A stretch of 64,000 nucleotides of DNA from an uncultured Pseudomonadota bacterium (GCA_913060515.1 CAJXRZ010000027.1:6049-70048); one strand, 5' to 3'; shown: positions 1 through 11,911, numbered from the stretch's first letter. The notes: generated by a model from the sequence alone, not told the origin. Made by a program: numbers and translations.

Positions 1-451
1 CAAACACCCGATCTTGCCACCCGGTGCAGAAGCTGATGCACTCACCGGGTCCCTCTCCACCCTCCAGGTGGGTACGCCAGCCCTTCAGGAGCGCCTTGGG
101 GCCTGCAAAGAGGGTGCGCAGATCATCAAAGCCCCCGGCACCGTCCTGGGGAAAGCCCTTGCCGGCGGCGACACCGCGAAAGGGCCAGGAGAAGTAGCCA
201 CGCTCGGTGCTGGCGTGCAGCGCACCGTCTCGAACAGCCAGCGCGGTGACCCCACGCATCTCGCGGCGTGCACCCTCCGGAAAGGGAAAGGGCTGGACGG
301 CGTCTCCAGCGATGAGAACCATGCCGTAGTCGCTGCCCGCGGCCAAACGTCCGTCAGGCAGCGCCTGGAGTGCTCGTAGGGTCGCGTGGGCCGGGAAGCC
401 CAGCGCCTCCGCTGAAAAGCGCGCCAAGACTCTCGGAGCGACGGGCTTCAA
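1..451 (-). CDS. hypothetical protein, possible beta-propeller (partial, runs off left end)
   Basis: Hand translation: TTG at 451 overlaps the upstream TGA (TTGA); the frame stays open to the window edge (MKPVAPRVLARF...LRALQALPDGRLAAGSDYG...VTALAVRDGALHASTERG); propeller-like blade motifs; absent from the ORF track because it has no stop. Confidence 0.65.
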   Translation of the reverse strand, partial: MKPVAPRVLARFSAEALGFPAHATLRALQALPDGRLAAGSDYGMVLIAGDAVQPFPFPEGARREMRGVTALAVRDGALHASTERGYFSWPFRGVAAGKGFPQDGAGGFDDLRTLFAGPKALLKGWRTHLEGGEGPGECISFCTGWQDRVF

Positions 452-1011
452 ATGCCGGTGTCTTTGCCAGTGTCTTTGCCGGTGTCGTCCGTGCCACCGG
501 TGTCATCCCCCGAATCACCGGTGTCGTCTCCCGAGTCACCCGTGTCACCGCCGGTGTCCCAGCCGGCCGGGTAGGCCTCCAGGTCAACGATAAAGTCGAT
601 GAAGAGCGGGTCGTTGGTCTTTACCTGCAGCTTGCCGACCTTGGGCTGGTCGCCGGGCAACGTGGCCACAACGCTCATCTCATAGGAGTCGCCGGGACCC
701 ACGGTCTTGTCCTCGGTCTCAGGCAGGTAGAAGGTACCGCCGGCCGAGTCGGTCACGCGGGCCTGCTTGATGATCAAGTTCAGCTCGCCGACGTTCTCGA
801 AGTACAGCGTGTTGCCCACACTGACGCCGGGCTCCAGCTCGGTCCAGACCAACTTGGCGTTGGCCAACGAGAGCTCACCGGCCCCTTCGACAACGTCCGG
901 CCCATCCGGAGTCTGGGTAAAGTTCCCGTCTCCAGCACACGCACTCAGCGCCCCCAGTGTGAGTAGGGCCATAGCCAAGGGAAGCAGGGACGTGGACTTG
1001 GGTACGCGCAT
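448..1011 (-). CDS. lipoprotein with Ig-like domain and DTG-rich tail
   Basis: GGAGG 9 nt before ATG 1011; lipobox LSAC; Ig-like FENVGELNLII...VKTNDP; C-terminal DTGGDTGDSGDDTG repeats. Confidence 0.75.
   Translation of the reverse strand: MRVPKSTSLLPLAMALLTLGALSACAGDGNFTQTPDGPDVVEGAGELSLANAKLVWTELEPGVSVGNTLYFENVGELNLIIKQARVTDSAGGTFYLPETEDKTVGPGDSYEMSVVATLPGDQPKVGKLQVKTNDPLFIDFIVDLEAYPAGWDTGGDTGDSGDDTGDSGDDTGGTDDTGKDTGKDTGI
455..560 (-). repeat. low-complexity DTG/DSG coding repeat
   Basis: repeated ccggtgtc units encoding (D)DTG. Confidence 0.7.
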
Positions 1012-1067
1012 GGAACTCATCCTCCGGCAAGTAGCATAGCCCGTCCCAAGGGGGATAGGCCCATGGC

Positions 1068-1520
1068 ATGCCCCAGCCATTGCCACGCCGCGCACGCATC
1101 CTGATCGAGGTCCCCAAGGGCGGCTTCATCAAGCGCGAGCTGCACGAGGGCTCACGCATCGACTTTATCAGTCCCCTGCCCTCTCCCTACAACTACGGTT
1201 GTATCCCGGATGTGCCGGGACAAGACGGCGACCCACTGGACGTGGTGGTGCTCGGCCCGAGGCTCAAAGCTGGCCAGACCATCGAGCGCGAGATCGTCGG
1301 TGTGGTGCGCTTTTGGGACGCTGGGCTGCCAGATGACAAGCTCATCGCGAGCGAGAGTCCTCTGAGCCCAAAGCAGCGCACGGGTCTGCGCCGATTCTTC
1401 AAGATCTACGCCCTGGCCAGGCTGGCCCTGAACAAGCGCAAGGGCTTGAGCGGTCGCACGGCCTTTGTCTCGGTGGTCAACCGAGAAGAGCTGGACCAGC
1501 CCTGGCGGAACACCCGTTAG
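1068..1520 (+). CDS. ppa: family I inorganic pyrophosphatase
   Basis: IEVPKG, PYNYGCIP, DGDPLDV and DDKLI motifs. Confidence 0.88.
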   Translation: MPQPLPRRARILIEVPKGGFIKRELHEGSRIDFISPLPSPYNYGCIPDVPGQDGDPLDVVVLGPRLKAGQTIEREIVGVVRFWDAGLPDDKLIASESPLSPKQRTGLRRFFKIYALARLALNKRKGLSGRTAFVSVVNREELDQPWRNTR

Positions 1521-1536
1521 AACAGCGCTTCTCGCG

Positions 1537-3756
<2,220 letters not shown>

Positions 3757-3816
3757 GTTTAACCCCGCAGAGAGGGGGTCGGTCACTGCTTGGATAAGCG
3801 AGATAGACAACAAAGC

Positions 3817-5820
3817 ATGCAAGCGGTGCGACATCTTCTGCCCCACCTGAGCTTTGGCGCAGCTGCGGTGGTCCTTGCCCTGCTCTTGCATGTGCCATTG
3901 CTCGCGGCCCCTGGGCACATTCCTGGCGAAGCAGGATCCGATGCGCTGCGCGGCCTCTGGTCCCTCTGGGTCTTGGGCCAGAGCTGGGTCACGTGGCCCT
4001 TGGGCACAAGCGCGGCGAACTTTCCCAACGGGGCGGATCTCTTTCCCTTCCCGGCCGCGACCCTGAGCGCAGCGGCCCCCCTGGAGCGCCTTTTGGGCGC
4101 AGTGCCAGCCCTCAGAGTGGTGGTGATCTCCCACACGGCCCTGGCCGTGCTGGCCACCGGTTTCTTGGTGCGCACCCTGCGCGGAAGCTGGGGCCTGGCC
4201 CTGGTGGCCGGAACACTGGTCGCCACCCAATCCTTGATGGGAGGCGCTCTGCGAGACGGCACCCTGGAGGTACTGGCTGTCGGCTGGGTGCCGCTCTGCC
4301 TCGCCGCTGCTTGGCGGGCCGCCCAAGGCCAACGCCTCTGGGGTCTGCTCGCTGGCGCAGCCTTTGTGACCTGCTGCTTGGAGTCCGCCTACTACGCCAG
4401 CTTCTCGGCCCTGGGCATCCTGTTGATCCTCAGTACTCTGCGTACCCGCCTGGGCATGCGTCAAATGCTGCTCGCGGCCGCCACGGTCCTGGTGGGCTTG
4501 GGCGCGCTGGCCGCCTTCCTCTGGCCCGTCCTGAGCACTATGGACGCCCGCTTGGGCCAGTCGGGAGATGACGCAGGACTCCAAGCCGCCAACGCCGCAG
4601 ACTGGGCTGAGCTGCTTCAACTGGCCCTCTCACCCGGTGCGCGAGGGTGGCGCGTGGCCGATCTGTGGGCCCCACCGTGGCCCCATTGGGTGCTGCTCAT
4701 CGCCGGGGTGCTCCTGGCTCTGCGCCGCCACCCTTGGCTCAGCGTCTTGGCCCTGCTGTCCCTGGGCCTGGCCCTCTACCTTCCCTGGCTGAGCTGGTGG
4801 TTCGAGGGTCCCCTGGGCGCCGTCGTTCGCTTCCCCCGGCGCTATCTGGCTCTGGTCGTGGTCGCTGCTGCGGCGGGATTGGCTGGCGCTGGCCCGCTGC
4901 TCTCCCGCTTGAGCATCCACCAGCGCTTCCCCGCCATCGAGGCCACCCTGGGCCTGATCCTCTCGATCTGGCTGGGCTACTGGGGCGCAGCGGCGGGTGG
5001 CCAGCTGAGCGCCTACCCGCTGCTGGACCTCTCCCCCTCCCCCATCACGGAACGCTTGGCCCAAGACCCCGAGCGGGCCGCTGTGCTGATGCTGCCCACC
5101 GAGCTGCCCTCGGCTGGGCCACAGGGCAACACCCGAGGTGAACAGGACAGCGTGATCTTCGGCAACCTGAGCGCTGACTTGGCCGGAGCCGAGCGCCTGG
5201 CCCTCCCCGTCTTGGGGGACAAGATCAGCTCCAAGGCCCCGAGCCTGCTCACCTTGGCGCCCCGGAGCGGCCCGAGCCTTCACTTGGCCAAGAACCTCTC
5301 CGACCTGTGCTTCACCCACTTCGGCATGTCCATCCCCGGCGGCGCGATGGCCCCGCCACAGGCCTACACCGAGGAGCTGGCGTGGCTTGAGAGCCAAGGT
5401 CTCAAGTACATCTTGGTGGACACGAGCGTCTACGAGGCCCAGGCCCTCAGCCACCTGGACAGCGTGCTCAGCCCCGTGGCGGAGGGCCAAGAAGACTTCG
5501 GCGTGCTGCGCCTCTACGTGCTCTACAGCGAGCGTCCCGGACCTGCGCCGGCGCCCAGCGCCCAGCAGACCGGCTCAGGCCTTCGCTTCCAGGGCCAGGT
5601 GCTCGGCGGAGAGCACCTGCACACCGACGTGCACGTCTTGGTCACCCACTCCGGCCAGACCCAGCGCTGCCCCATCACGCCGGAGACCGGGGCATTCGAC
5701 TGCGGCACTCTGGACCAAGTCGACCAAGTGCAGCTCTTCGCTCAGGGACGCGAGGTCCCCATTGAGAGAGAGGGGGGCTACAACAGCGCGCGCCTGGTGG
5801 TGTTAGGGGCACGCCCATGA
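3817..5820 (+). CDS. polytopic membrane protein, GT-C-like glycosyltransferase candidate
   Basis: about 10 or more hydrophobic segments, NFPNG loop, VRFPRRY motif, extracytoplasmic C-terminal domain. Confidence 0.6.
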   Translation: MQAVRHLLPHLSFGAAAVVLALLLHVPLLAAPGHIPGEAGSDALRGLWSLWVLGQSWVTWPLGTSAANFPNGADLFPFPAATLSAAAPLERLLGAVPALRVVVISHTALAVLATGFLVRTLRGSWGLALVAGTLVATQSLMGGALRDGTLEVLAVGWVPLCLAAAWRAAQGQRLWGLLAGAAFVTCCLESAYYASFSALGILLILSTLRTRLGMRQMLLAAATVLVGLGALAAFLWPVLSTMDARLGQSGDDAGLQAANAADWAELLQLALSPGARGWRVADLWAPPWPHWVLLIAGVLLALRRHPWLSVLALLSLGLALYLPWLSWWFEGPLGAVVRFPRRYLALVVVAAAAGLAGAGPLLSRLSIHQRFPAIEATLGLILSIWLGYWGAAAGGQLSAYPLLDLSPSPITERLAQDPERAAVLMLPTELPSAGPQGNTRGEQDSVIFGNLSADLAGAERLALPVLGDKISSKAPSLLTLAPRSGPSLHLAKNLSDLCFTHFGMSIPGGAMAPPQAYTEELAWLESQGLKYILVDTSVYEAQALSHLDSVLSPVAEGQEDFGVLRLYVLYSERPGPAPAPSAQQTGSGLRFQGQVLGGEHLHTDVHVLVTHSGQTQRCPITPETGAFDCGTLDQVDQVQLFAQGREVPIEREGGYNSARLVVLGARP

Positions 5821-6731
5821 TGGCCGCCCTGCGGGAGACATTCCACTACCTGCGTACTCTGAACGCATCGATAGCCGAGCACGAGATCATCGATCGCAGT
5901 GCCCAGGTGGCGTACTTTCTGCTGCTCTCCGTCTTTCCCTTCTTGGTCGCGCTCCTGGGCCTGCTCGCCCAGTTTGAGCTGCAAGAAGAGGTGGCGCTGC
6001 TGGAGGAATTGGTCCGAGATGGCCTGCCCGGCGTCATGGCCGACATGCTGGTCACCGAGATCGAGAACATCGCTTTTGCCGAGACCAGCGGCCGCATCAT
6101 CGTGGGCTTTGCCATTGGCCTCTACGTCACACACCGTGCCAGCCACGCGCTGATTCTGGGCGTGAACAAGGCCTGGAACACCCGAGAGGACCGGAACTTC
6201 TTGATGGTCCGAGGAATCGCGGTGGCCATGGCCATCGGCGCGATGCTCTCGGTGATTCTGCTCCTGGTCGGCCTCGTCTTTGGCGACTGGCTGCTTGGGG
6301 TGATGCACCAGCGGGAGTGGATGAGCGAGGTCATGGTCGGCTGGATCAGAATCCTGCGTTGGCCTCTGATCCTCTTCCTTGGCCACCTGGCCATCAACAT
6401 CACCTTCCGCCTGGGTGCCAATACGCCCCTGCGCTGGCGATGGAGCACCTGGGGCAGCCTCTTCGCCACCGTCTCCTGGGTCATCATCATCGAAGGCTTC
6501 CAGCTCTACGTGACGCGGATCACGGACCTGGGTGCGGCCTATGGCTCTCTGGGCGCCGCCGCTGGACTGCTCATCCTCTTCTACTCCCTGGTCTCCGCCG
6601 TGTTCGTGGGGGCCGAGATCGACGCCCTGAACTACACCCGGCGGGACCTGCGGCACGCCCGGCGAATGGCCCGGAGGCGCGCCCGCGGACTGGGCTTGGA
6701 CGACGAGGCGCCGGACGTTCAGAGCCCCTGA
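5817..6731 (+). CDS. YihY/virulence factor BrkB family membrane protein
   Basis: SAQVAYFLLLSVFPFL, AYGSLGAAAGLL, GAEIDA; ATGA overlap with previous gene. Confidence 0.88.
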   Translation: MMAALRETFHYLRTLNASIAEHEIIDRSAQVAYFLLLSVFPFLVALLGLLAQFELQEEVALLEELVRDGLPGVMADMLVTEIENIAFAETSGRIIVGFAIGLYVTHRASHALILGVNKAWNTREDRNFLMVRGIAVAMAIGAMLSVILLLVGLVFGDWLLGVMHQREWMSEVMVGWIRILRWPLILFLGHLAINITFRLGANTPLRWRWSTWGSLFATVSWVIIIEGFQLYVTRITDLGAAYGSLGAAAGLLILFYSLVSAVFVGAEIDALNYTRRDLRHARRMARRRARGLGLDDEAPDVQSP

Positions 6732-6739
6732 GAGGCCCC

Positions 6740-8545
6740 CTACACCCGGGGAGTCAGCTTGGGACGGGCAACACACCAGGCCACGACCGCCTGGCTGACC
6801 CGGTAATGCGGAGAGCCATCTCCAGAGGTGTCGACTCGGGTGTGCTGGCCCACCTTGCGCAAGGCGTCCTCCAGGTCCCGGCTGCCCCCCTCGGCCAGCA
6901 GGTGCTGCTTGAGAAAGCCCAGCATCTCAACCTGCATCTCACCCCAGTTGATGTTGCCGTTTCGGTAGGCCTCGTCCGTCAGGCGGCCAATGCAGCGGAT
7001 CATCTCTCCTTGCATAGAAGGCGCCGGCCCGCTGGGTGGAACCAGCTCATCCCACAAGGCAGAGTGCAGCTTCTTCCAACTGTACTCTCCATCCACTGCG
7101 AGCAGAACCGCAGACTCACCGACCTCTTTGTAGGCGCCAGCGTCTGCGTCCCCTGGCACAGGAACACTTGCAAACAGTGCTTGAACCTGGGTCATGCCCA
7201 TATCGATGGATGCAGCCATGGAGGTGCCCCCATGCCGAGAGAGGCGATGTGGGTTTGCGCCCAGCTCCAGCATGCGCTCCAACCAAGGCAGACGGGTCTC
7301 GCCGTAGATGCGCATGCAGGGCCAGAGCACTTGGTTTCCGTGGCTGTCTTGGTAGCTGCAGTCCGTGCCCGCTGCGAGCAGCAGCTCCACCACTGCATCG
7401 TGCCGGCTGTTCAAGGCCCAATCCAAGGCCAGTCCGCGAGCACCCGGGCAGTTGGGATCCGCGCCATGCGCCAACAGCAGCTCGGTCACCTCGACATGCC
7501 CATCAGAGGCCGCCGCCATCAGCGGGGTCTCTCCACGTCGAAGCACGTTGGGATCCCCGCCCCCCTTCAGGTACTTGCCCAGACTGACCCAGTCGTTCAC
7601 CCCGGCAAAGAAGACCGGCCCGTGGTCGGGAAGAGGACCCGCTCCACCGTCCATGAGCACCTGAACCATTGCGCGGTCACCCCGCTCGAAGGCCTTTAGC
7701 AGCGGCGCGTGCATGCCCGAGGGCTGTACGGTGTTCGCCCCCAACTCCAGCAGCCGCGCGACCACGTCCCGGTGCCCGCCCAAGACGGCCTCGACCATGG
7801 GAAAGTTGCTGTAGTCCCCGGTCTGCTTGGGATCGACTCCGAGCTCCACCAAGGCATCGATGGCCTGGAGGCTTCCTCCTCGAGCCGCAAAAAACAGCGC
7901 GCTGCAGCCGAACTTGGTGCGCTCCATGGGATCGACTCCCAGAGCCAAGATATCCTGGGCCAGCGCCCAAGAGCCAGACTCCAAGGCCGCCATCAGGGGT
8001 GTCACACCCACATCGTAGAAGCGCAGGCTCTTGCGGACCTTTGTGCCCGAGGCACCCGCGCTCTTGGCGTTGAGAAGAACCCGCGCCGCCTCCACGTGTC
8101 CGCCCAATGCAGCCAGGTGCAAAGGAGTGGCCCCTACCCCGTCCTTCGTGGCCCGAGCCTTGCGCGCCAACAGCGCTTGAATCACCCCGACATGCCCCAT
8201 CGATGCGGCGGCGTGAAGAGGCGTGCTGCCCTTGTCCAAAGCCACCCCCAAGGGCAGCAAGTCGGTGGTGTCCGGCCTGGAAAACCAGCCCCCGTCTGGC
8301 CGATGGATGTGACCCGACTTGGGCAGGTTGTTTACCCAAGCCTTGGTCTTCGCCTTCAAGGATGTCTTTGGGTCCCCGGCCTCAATCAGCGCCAGCGAAA
8401 GCTCTTCATGCCCCCAGAGAATCGCCAAGTGAAGCGCCGTGAGCCCCTCCTCGTTGGCGAGTGCCGGGTCTATCCCCTGCTTGAGCGCCAACAGAGCACT
8501 CTCGGGCTCTTGACCCACCAGAACAAACCAGCTCACCAGCTCCAC
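6740..8545 (-). CDS. ankyrin-repeat protein with uncharacterised C-terminal domain
   Basis: multiple G-T-P/A-L-H/M-xAA...G repeats; C-terminal LWDELVPPSG...QGEMIR...NGNINW. Confidence 0.85.
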   Translation of the reverse strand: MELVSWFVLVGQEPESALLALKQGIDPALANEEGLTALHLAILWGHEELSLALIEAGDPKTSLKAKTKAWVNNLPKSGHIHRPDGGWFSRPDTTDLLPLGVALDKGSTPLHAAASMGHVGVIQALLARKARATKDGVGATPLHLAALGGHVEAARVLLNAKSAGASGTKVRKSLRFYDVGVTPLMAALESGSWALAQDILALGVDPMERTKFGCSALFFAARGGSLQAIDALVELGVDPKQTGDYSNFPMVEAVLGGHRDVVARLLELGANTVQPSGMHAPLLKAFERGDRAMVQVLMDGGAGPLPDHGPVFFAGVNDWVSLGKYLKGGGDPNVLRRGETPLMAAASDGHVEVTELLLAHGADPNCPGARGLALDWALNSRHDAVVELLLAAGTDCSYQDSHGNQVLWPCMRIYGETRLPWLERMLELGANPHRLSRHGGTSMAASIDMGMTQVQALFASVPVPGDADAGAYKEVGESAVLLAVDGEYSWKKLHSALWDELVPPSGPAPSMQGEMIRCIGRLTDEAYRNGNINWGEMQVEMLGFLKQHLLAEGGSRDLEDALRKVGQHTRVDTSGDGSPHYRVSQAVVAWCVARPKLTPRV

Positions 8546-9825
8546 ACACGCTCCCTTCTGGCCAACAGGCCGGCCATCATCAGTGCCCCCAAGACGCCGC
8601 CAGGGGCCCCAGTCTTACAGCCGCCGCATCCACCCCGGCTCTCACTGCGCACGGAGACCAGCCCCTCTGCCGGCTCTTGCCAGCCACTGCTCAGAACCAG
8701 CAGCGTCTCCGGGTGCAAGGCGGCATCGAAGCTCTGGTCGACGGGCGCCCAACCCAGGTCTTGCTCGCCATCTGGGGAGGAGAGCTGCACCCGCAGTTGC
8801 CCACCTTCAGGCTCACGCACCCGAAGCCGCAAGGTCTCACTCTCCAGGCTCAGGTAGCGCACCCCCATGCTCTCCGGACCCTCCAGCTCCTGCCAAGCGC
8901 CGCCCCCAAGCTCAGTGACCCGCTCGTCCCAGTCTGGCCAACGCTCGGCAGCCTCCTCGTGAACCTGGGCGTAGCGGGCCCCTTCAGCAAAATCCCAAGA
9001 CGCCCCAGCCAGGGCAAAGGCATGCCAGGCAGCCTCCAGATCCAAGCGGGCATCCAAAGCCACACGTGGCTGCTCAGAGTCCTGGCCCCACAGAGCCGGT
9101 ATCAGTGCTTCTCCCTCTTGATTACTCAGGTACCGCACCCACACAAAGGCCCCGTACTGCCGGTACTCCTCCAGGCTGCCCGAGCTTGGAAATGCAAAGG
9201 CATCCACCGCGTCCCCAGGACGCAAAGACCAGCCATAGAGCCACCGGGCCGTGTCCGGATTCTCCGGGTAGACCTGGGCCTCTGACCACACTGCGGTGGC
9301 CTCGAAGAGCCAAGCGCCGGGACTGCTCTCGCTGTACTCAAAAGGCGCCGCGCTGTTGTCCTGCAGAGTGTGGAAGAACTCGTGGGCCAACACCACTTGG
9401 CCTCGCTCCCAGTCGGCCACCGCCTCTGGGCTGAGCACCACCATCGGGTAGCCCTCTCCATCCACCGTGGCGTAGGCCTCCCCCAGAGCCCGCGGGGCAT
9501 TTGAGCCGGAGTCTCCGAGGTAAATGTTCAGCTTGAAGGCCTCACTTCCGTAAGGCGCCGGCATGCCCAGCTCGACCACCAAGCTCTGCCAGCTCTCCTC
9601 GCCCGAGGCCAACATGACCTCGGCTGCGCTTGGCTCCAGTGGCCCATCCCAGCGCAGGATCAGGTGCTCGGACTCCGCCGAGTTCTCCGTGCCGAAGCTG
9701 TCCCGCTCCCCCTCTACAAAGGACTTGGGCGCACTCTGGAGCAAGCCGAGCTCCTGGAGGCAGTCCAGTTCAGCCAAAGCCACGTAGGCGCTGGCGCAGT
9801 CAGGGGGGGGTGGCAGACAGGGCAC
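8533..9825 (-). CDS. zinc metalloprotease (MXAN_6640-like) with MYXO-CTERM-like tail
   Basis: AHEFFHTLQ, WLFEATAVWSE, YGAFVW; tail GGCGGCKTG-hydrophobic-RRER. Confidence 0.75.
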   Translation of the reverse strand: MPCLPPPPDCASAYVALAELDCLQELGLLQSAPKSFVEGERDSFGTENSAESEHLILRWDGPLEPSAAEVMLASGEESWQSLVVELGMPAPYGSEAFKLNIYLGDSGSNAPRALGEAYATVDGEGYPMVVLSPEAVADWERGQVVLAHEFFHTLQDNSAAPFEYSESSPGAWLFEATAVWSEAQVYPENPDTARWLYGWSLRPGDAVDAFAFPSSGSLEEYRQYGAFVWVRYLSNQEGEALIPALWGQDSEQPRVALDARLDLEAAWHAFALAGASWDFAEGARYAQVHEEAAERWPDWDERVTELGGGAWQELEGPESMGVRYLSLESETLRLRVREPEGGQLRVQLSSPDGEQDLGWAPVDQSFDAALHPETLLVLSSGWQEPAEGLVSVRSESRGGCGGCKTGAPGGVLGALMMAGLLARRERVWSW

Positions 9826-9834
9826 GCTCCCAGC

Positions 9835-10647
9835 CTACACATTGACCCCTTCTTCCGCCAATCCCTCAATCTCGTCGTCGCCCAACACCCCACGACCGCC
9901 TTGTAGGAACTCTTGTAGGGCCGGAAATTCGACTTCTTTGGCCTCTTCGATGGTGCCAACAAAGCCCATCTTTAGGTCGTACAAGAAGGCCAGCCGGTCG
10001 GTCACGGTGAAGCAGGAGTCCATGTCATGGGTGACCACAACCGAGGTGACACCGAGCTGCTCCTGCAAGCGCAGAATGAGCCCGTTGATGCGTCGCACGT
10101 TCAAGGGATCCAGCCCGGTCGTGGGCTCGTCGTAGAGGATGACCTCGGGCTTGACGGCGATGGAGCGGGCCAGGCCTACGCGCTTCTTCATGCCACCGGA
10201 GAGCTCGCTGGGTCGGAGCGCTTCGATGCCGGGCATGCCCACCATCTCCAGGACCTCCGCCACCCGGTCGTTCTGCTCCGCAACCGTGCCCCAGTTGTGC
10301 TCCACCAAGGGGTACTTGATGTTCTCGGCGACGCTCATGGAGTCAAAGAGCGCAGCACCCTGAAAGAGCATCGCGACACGCCTGCGCATGTTCAGCAGGT
10401 CCTGACCCTTCATGGTCGTGACCTCTTCTCCGAAGGCCTTGATGCTGCCGCCATCGCAGGAAAGCAGGCCAATGAGCATCTTGAGCGCGACCGACTTGCC
10501 CATGCCCGAGCCGCCGATGATGGTGAGCACCTCGCCGCGGTAGATGTCCAGATCCAGGTTCTTGTAGATGACCTTGGGACCGAAGGACTTCTCCACACCT
10601 CGGAAGGTGATGATGGGCTCTTCTTGGGCTTGGACTGGGGTGCTCAT
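9835..10647 (-). CDS. mlaF: MlaF/Ttg2A-type ABC transporter ATP-binding protein
   Basis: GGSGMGKS, FQGAALFDS, LSGGMKKRVGLAR, YDEPTTGLDP; ATG 10647 overlaps mlaE stop. Confidence 0.88.
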   Translation of the reverse strand: MSTPVQAQEEPIITFRGVEKSFGPKVIYKNLDLDIYRGEVLTIIGGSGMGKSVALKMLIGLLSCDGGSIKAFGEEVTTMKGQDLLNMRRRVAMLFQGAALFDSMSVAENIKYPLVEHNWGTVAEQNDRVAEVLEMVGMPGIEALRPSELSGGMKKRVGLARSIAVKPEVILYDEPTTGLDPLNVRRINGLILRLQEQLGVTSVVVTHDMDSCFTVTDRLAFLYDLKMGFVGTIEEAKEVEFPALQEFLQGGRGVLGDDEIEGLAEEGVNV

Positions 10648-11408
10648 GTGTGACGTGCCAGTGCGAAGAAGAGCTGGGTCAGGAAGAAGTTGCTGACCAG
10701 GACGGTGATGCTGATGGCCACAACGGTGGTCGTGGTCGAGCGGCCCACGCCCTCGGTGCCGCCGCGGGTGTTCAACCCCACGTAGCAGCCGATGATGGCG
10801 ATGAAGTAGCCAAAGAAGACGCTCTTGCCCAAGCCATGCAGGATGTCGCCCACCGAGAGGGTGTCGATCACCTGGTCCACGAAGAAGCGCCAGGTCACCC
10901 CGACCTCGTCCATGGTGATGAGCATGCCGCCAAAGCAGCCCACAACATCGGCCAGAATGGTCAGCAGGGGCAGAGAGATGATGCAGGCCAAGACCCGGGG
11001 CACCACCAACTTGCGGACCGGATCCGCTCCAAGCGCCGCGATGGCGTCGACCTGCTCGGTCACGTTCATCGAGCCGATGGTGGCGGTGTAGCCAGCGCCT
11101 ACGCGACCGCCGACCAGGACCGCAGTCAGGGTTGGACCGAGCTCCTTGACGATGCCCAGAGAGACGAGCTTTCCGGTGTACAGGGAGGCCCCGTAGGGCT
11201 CCAATCCGATGGCGAACTGCATCGCCATGACTGCGCCGGTGAACAGCGCGGTGAGTACCGCGATGGACCAAGAGCCGATGCCCGAGCTGTCGATCTGGTG
11301 GATGAGCAGCCTGGACTCAAAGGGACTGCGGAAGACCTCCCTGAAGGTGCGTCCTGTCAGGCGTGCCACGCCGCCGATGTGCCCCAAGAGGAGCAGGGCT
11401 TGATTCAC
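10644..11408 (-). CDS. mlaE: MlaE family ABC permease
   Basis: KELGPTLTA, GRVGAG, IGSMNVTEQVDA, GGTEGVGRSTT. Confidence 0.9.
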   Translation of the reverse strand: MNQALLLLGHIGGVARLTGRTFREVFRSPFESRLLIHQIDSSGIGSWSIAVLTALFTGAVMAMQFAIGLEPYGASLYTGKLVSLGIVKELGPTLTAVLVGGRVGAGYTATIGSMNVTEQVDAIAALGADPVRKLVVPRVLACIISLPLLTILADVVGCFGGMLITMDEVGVTWRFFVDQVIDTLSVGDILHGLGKSVFFGYFIAIIGCYVGLNTRGGTEGVGRSTTTTVVAISITVLVSNFFLTQLFFALARHT

Positions 11409-11911
11409 AGTGTGGTCCGGAAGCCGTCAACGGCGCTCACGTAGTCCACCCAGGCGGCCTCGAAGTGCTTGCCCCGCGGCGCGATCAGCACCACGTCGTA
11501 GGTGCAGAAGTGCTTCTTGAGCACCGTGGTTCCAAGCTCGATGGGCACCCCATCCAGGCGCCCCAAGTGACGGGTGCGCAGCGCTTCTCTGTCCGCGAGG
11601 GTCAGACTCTCGCTCAGGATGGCCTCGCCCTCGCGCAGACCGGCGAGCTGCTTGTCGACCAGGTCCTCCAGCTTGGAGTCCTCGTAGCGGGGACCGCAGT
11701 TGGAGTCGGCGAAGATCGATGCGCCGATGCTGGGCTTGGTCCACGCATAGTCCGCACCACCGGCGTCCTTGACACGCTCCCAGCCTGGCAGCTCACCGAG
11801 CTCGTAGCTGCCCTCGGCGTCGCGCGCTTCACGCTCCGCCTTGGAGGCACAGCCAACCAGCATTGAGCCCGCGAGAATGGCTGGGAGCATGAAAGTGCTG
11901 AGGTGTCTCAC
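11405..11911 (-). CDS. lipoprotein, possible PsbP/DcrB-like fold
   Basis: lipobox LVGC; beta-rich LDGVPIELGTTVLKKHFCTYDVVLIAP; coupled to both neighbours by 4-nt overlaps. Confidence 0.7.
   Translation of the reverse strand: MRHLSTFMLPAILAGSMLVGCASKAEREARDAEGSYELGELPGWERVKDAGGADYAWTKPSIGASIFADSNCGPRYEDSKLEDLVDKQLAGLREGEAILSESLTLADREALRTRHLGRLDGVPIELGTTVLKKHFCTYDVVLIAPRGKHFEAAWVDYVSAVDGFRTTL

Noticed and set aside
3757-4620. N-terminal extension making a 1027-aa ORF (1537..4620)
   Set aside because: It is the antisense shadow of the membrane protein at 3817-5820; the credible start is at the zinc ribbon (3756/3747).
9826-9837. Stop-codon readthrough fusing MlaF to the in-frame protease
   Set aside because: MlaF is complete, a cytoplasmic ATPase fused to a surface protease is implausible, and in-frame adjacency occurs one time in three by chance.
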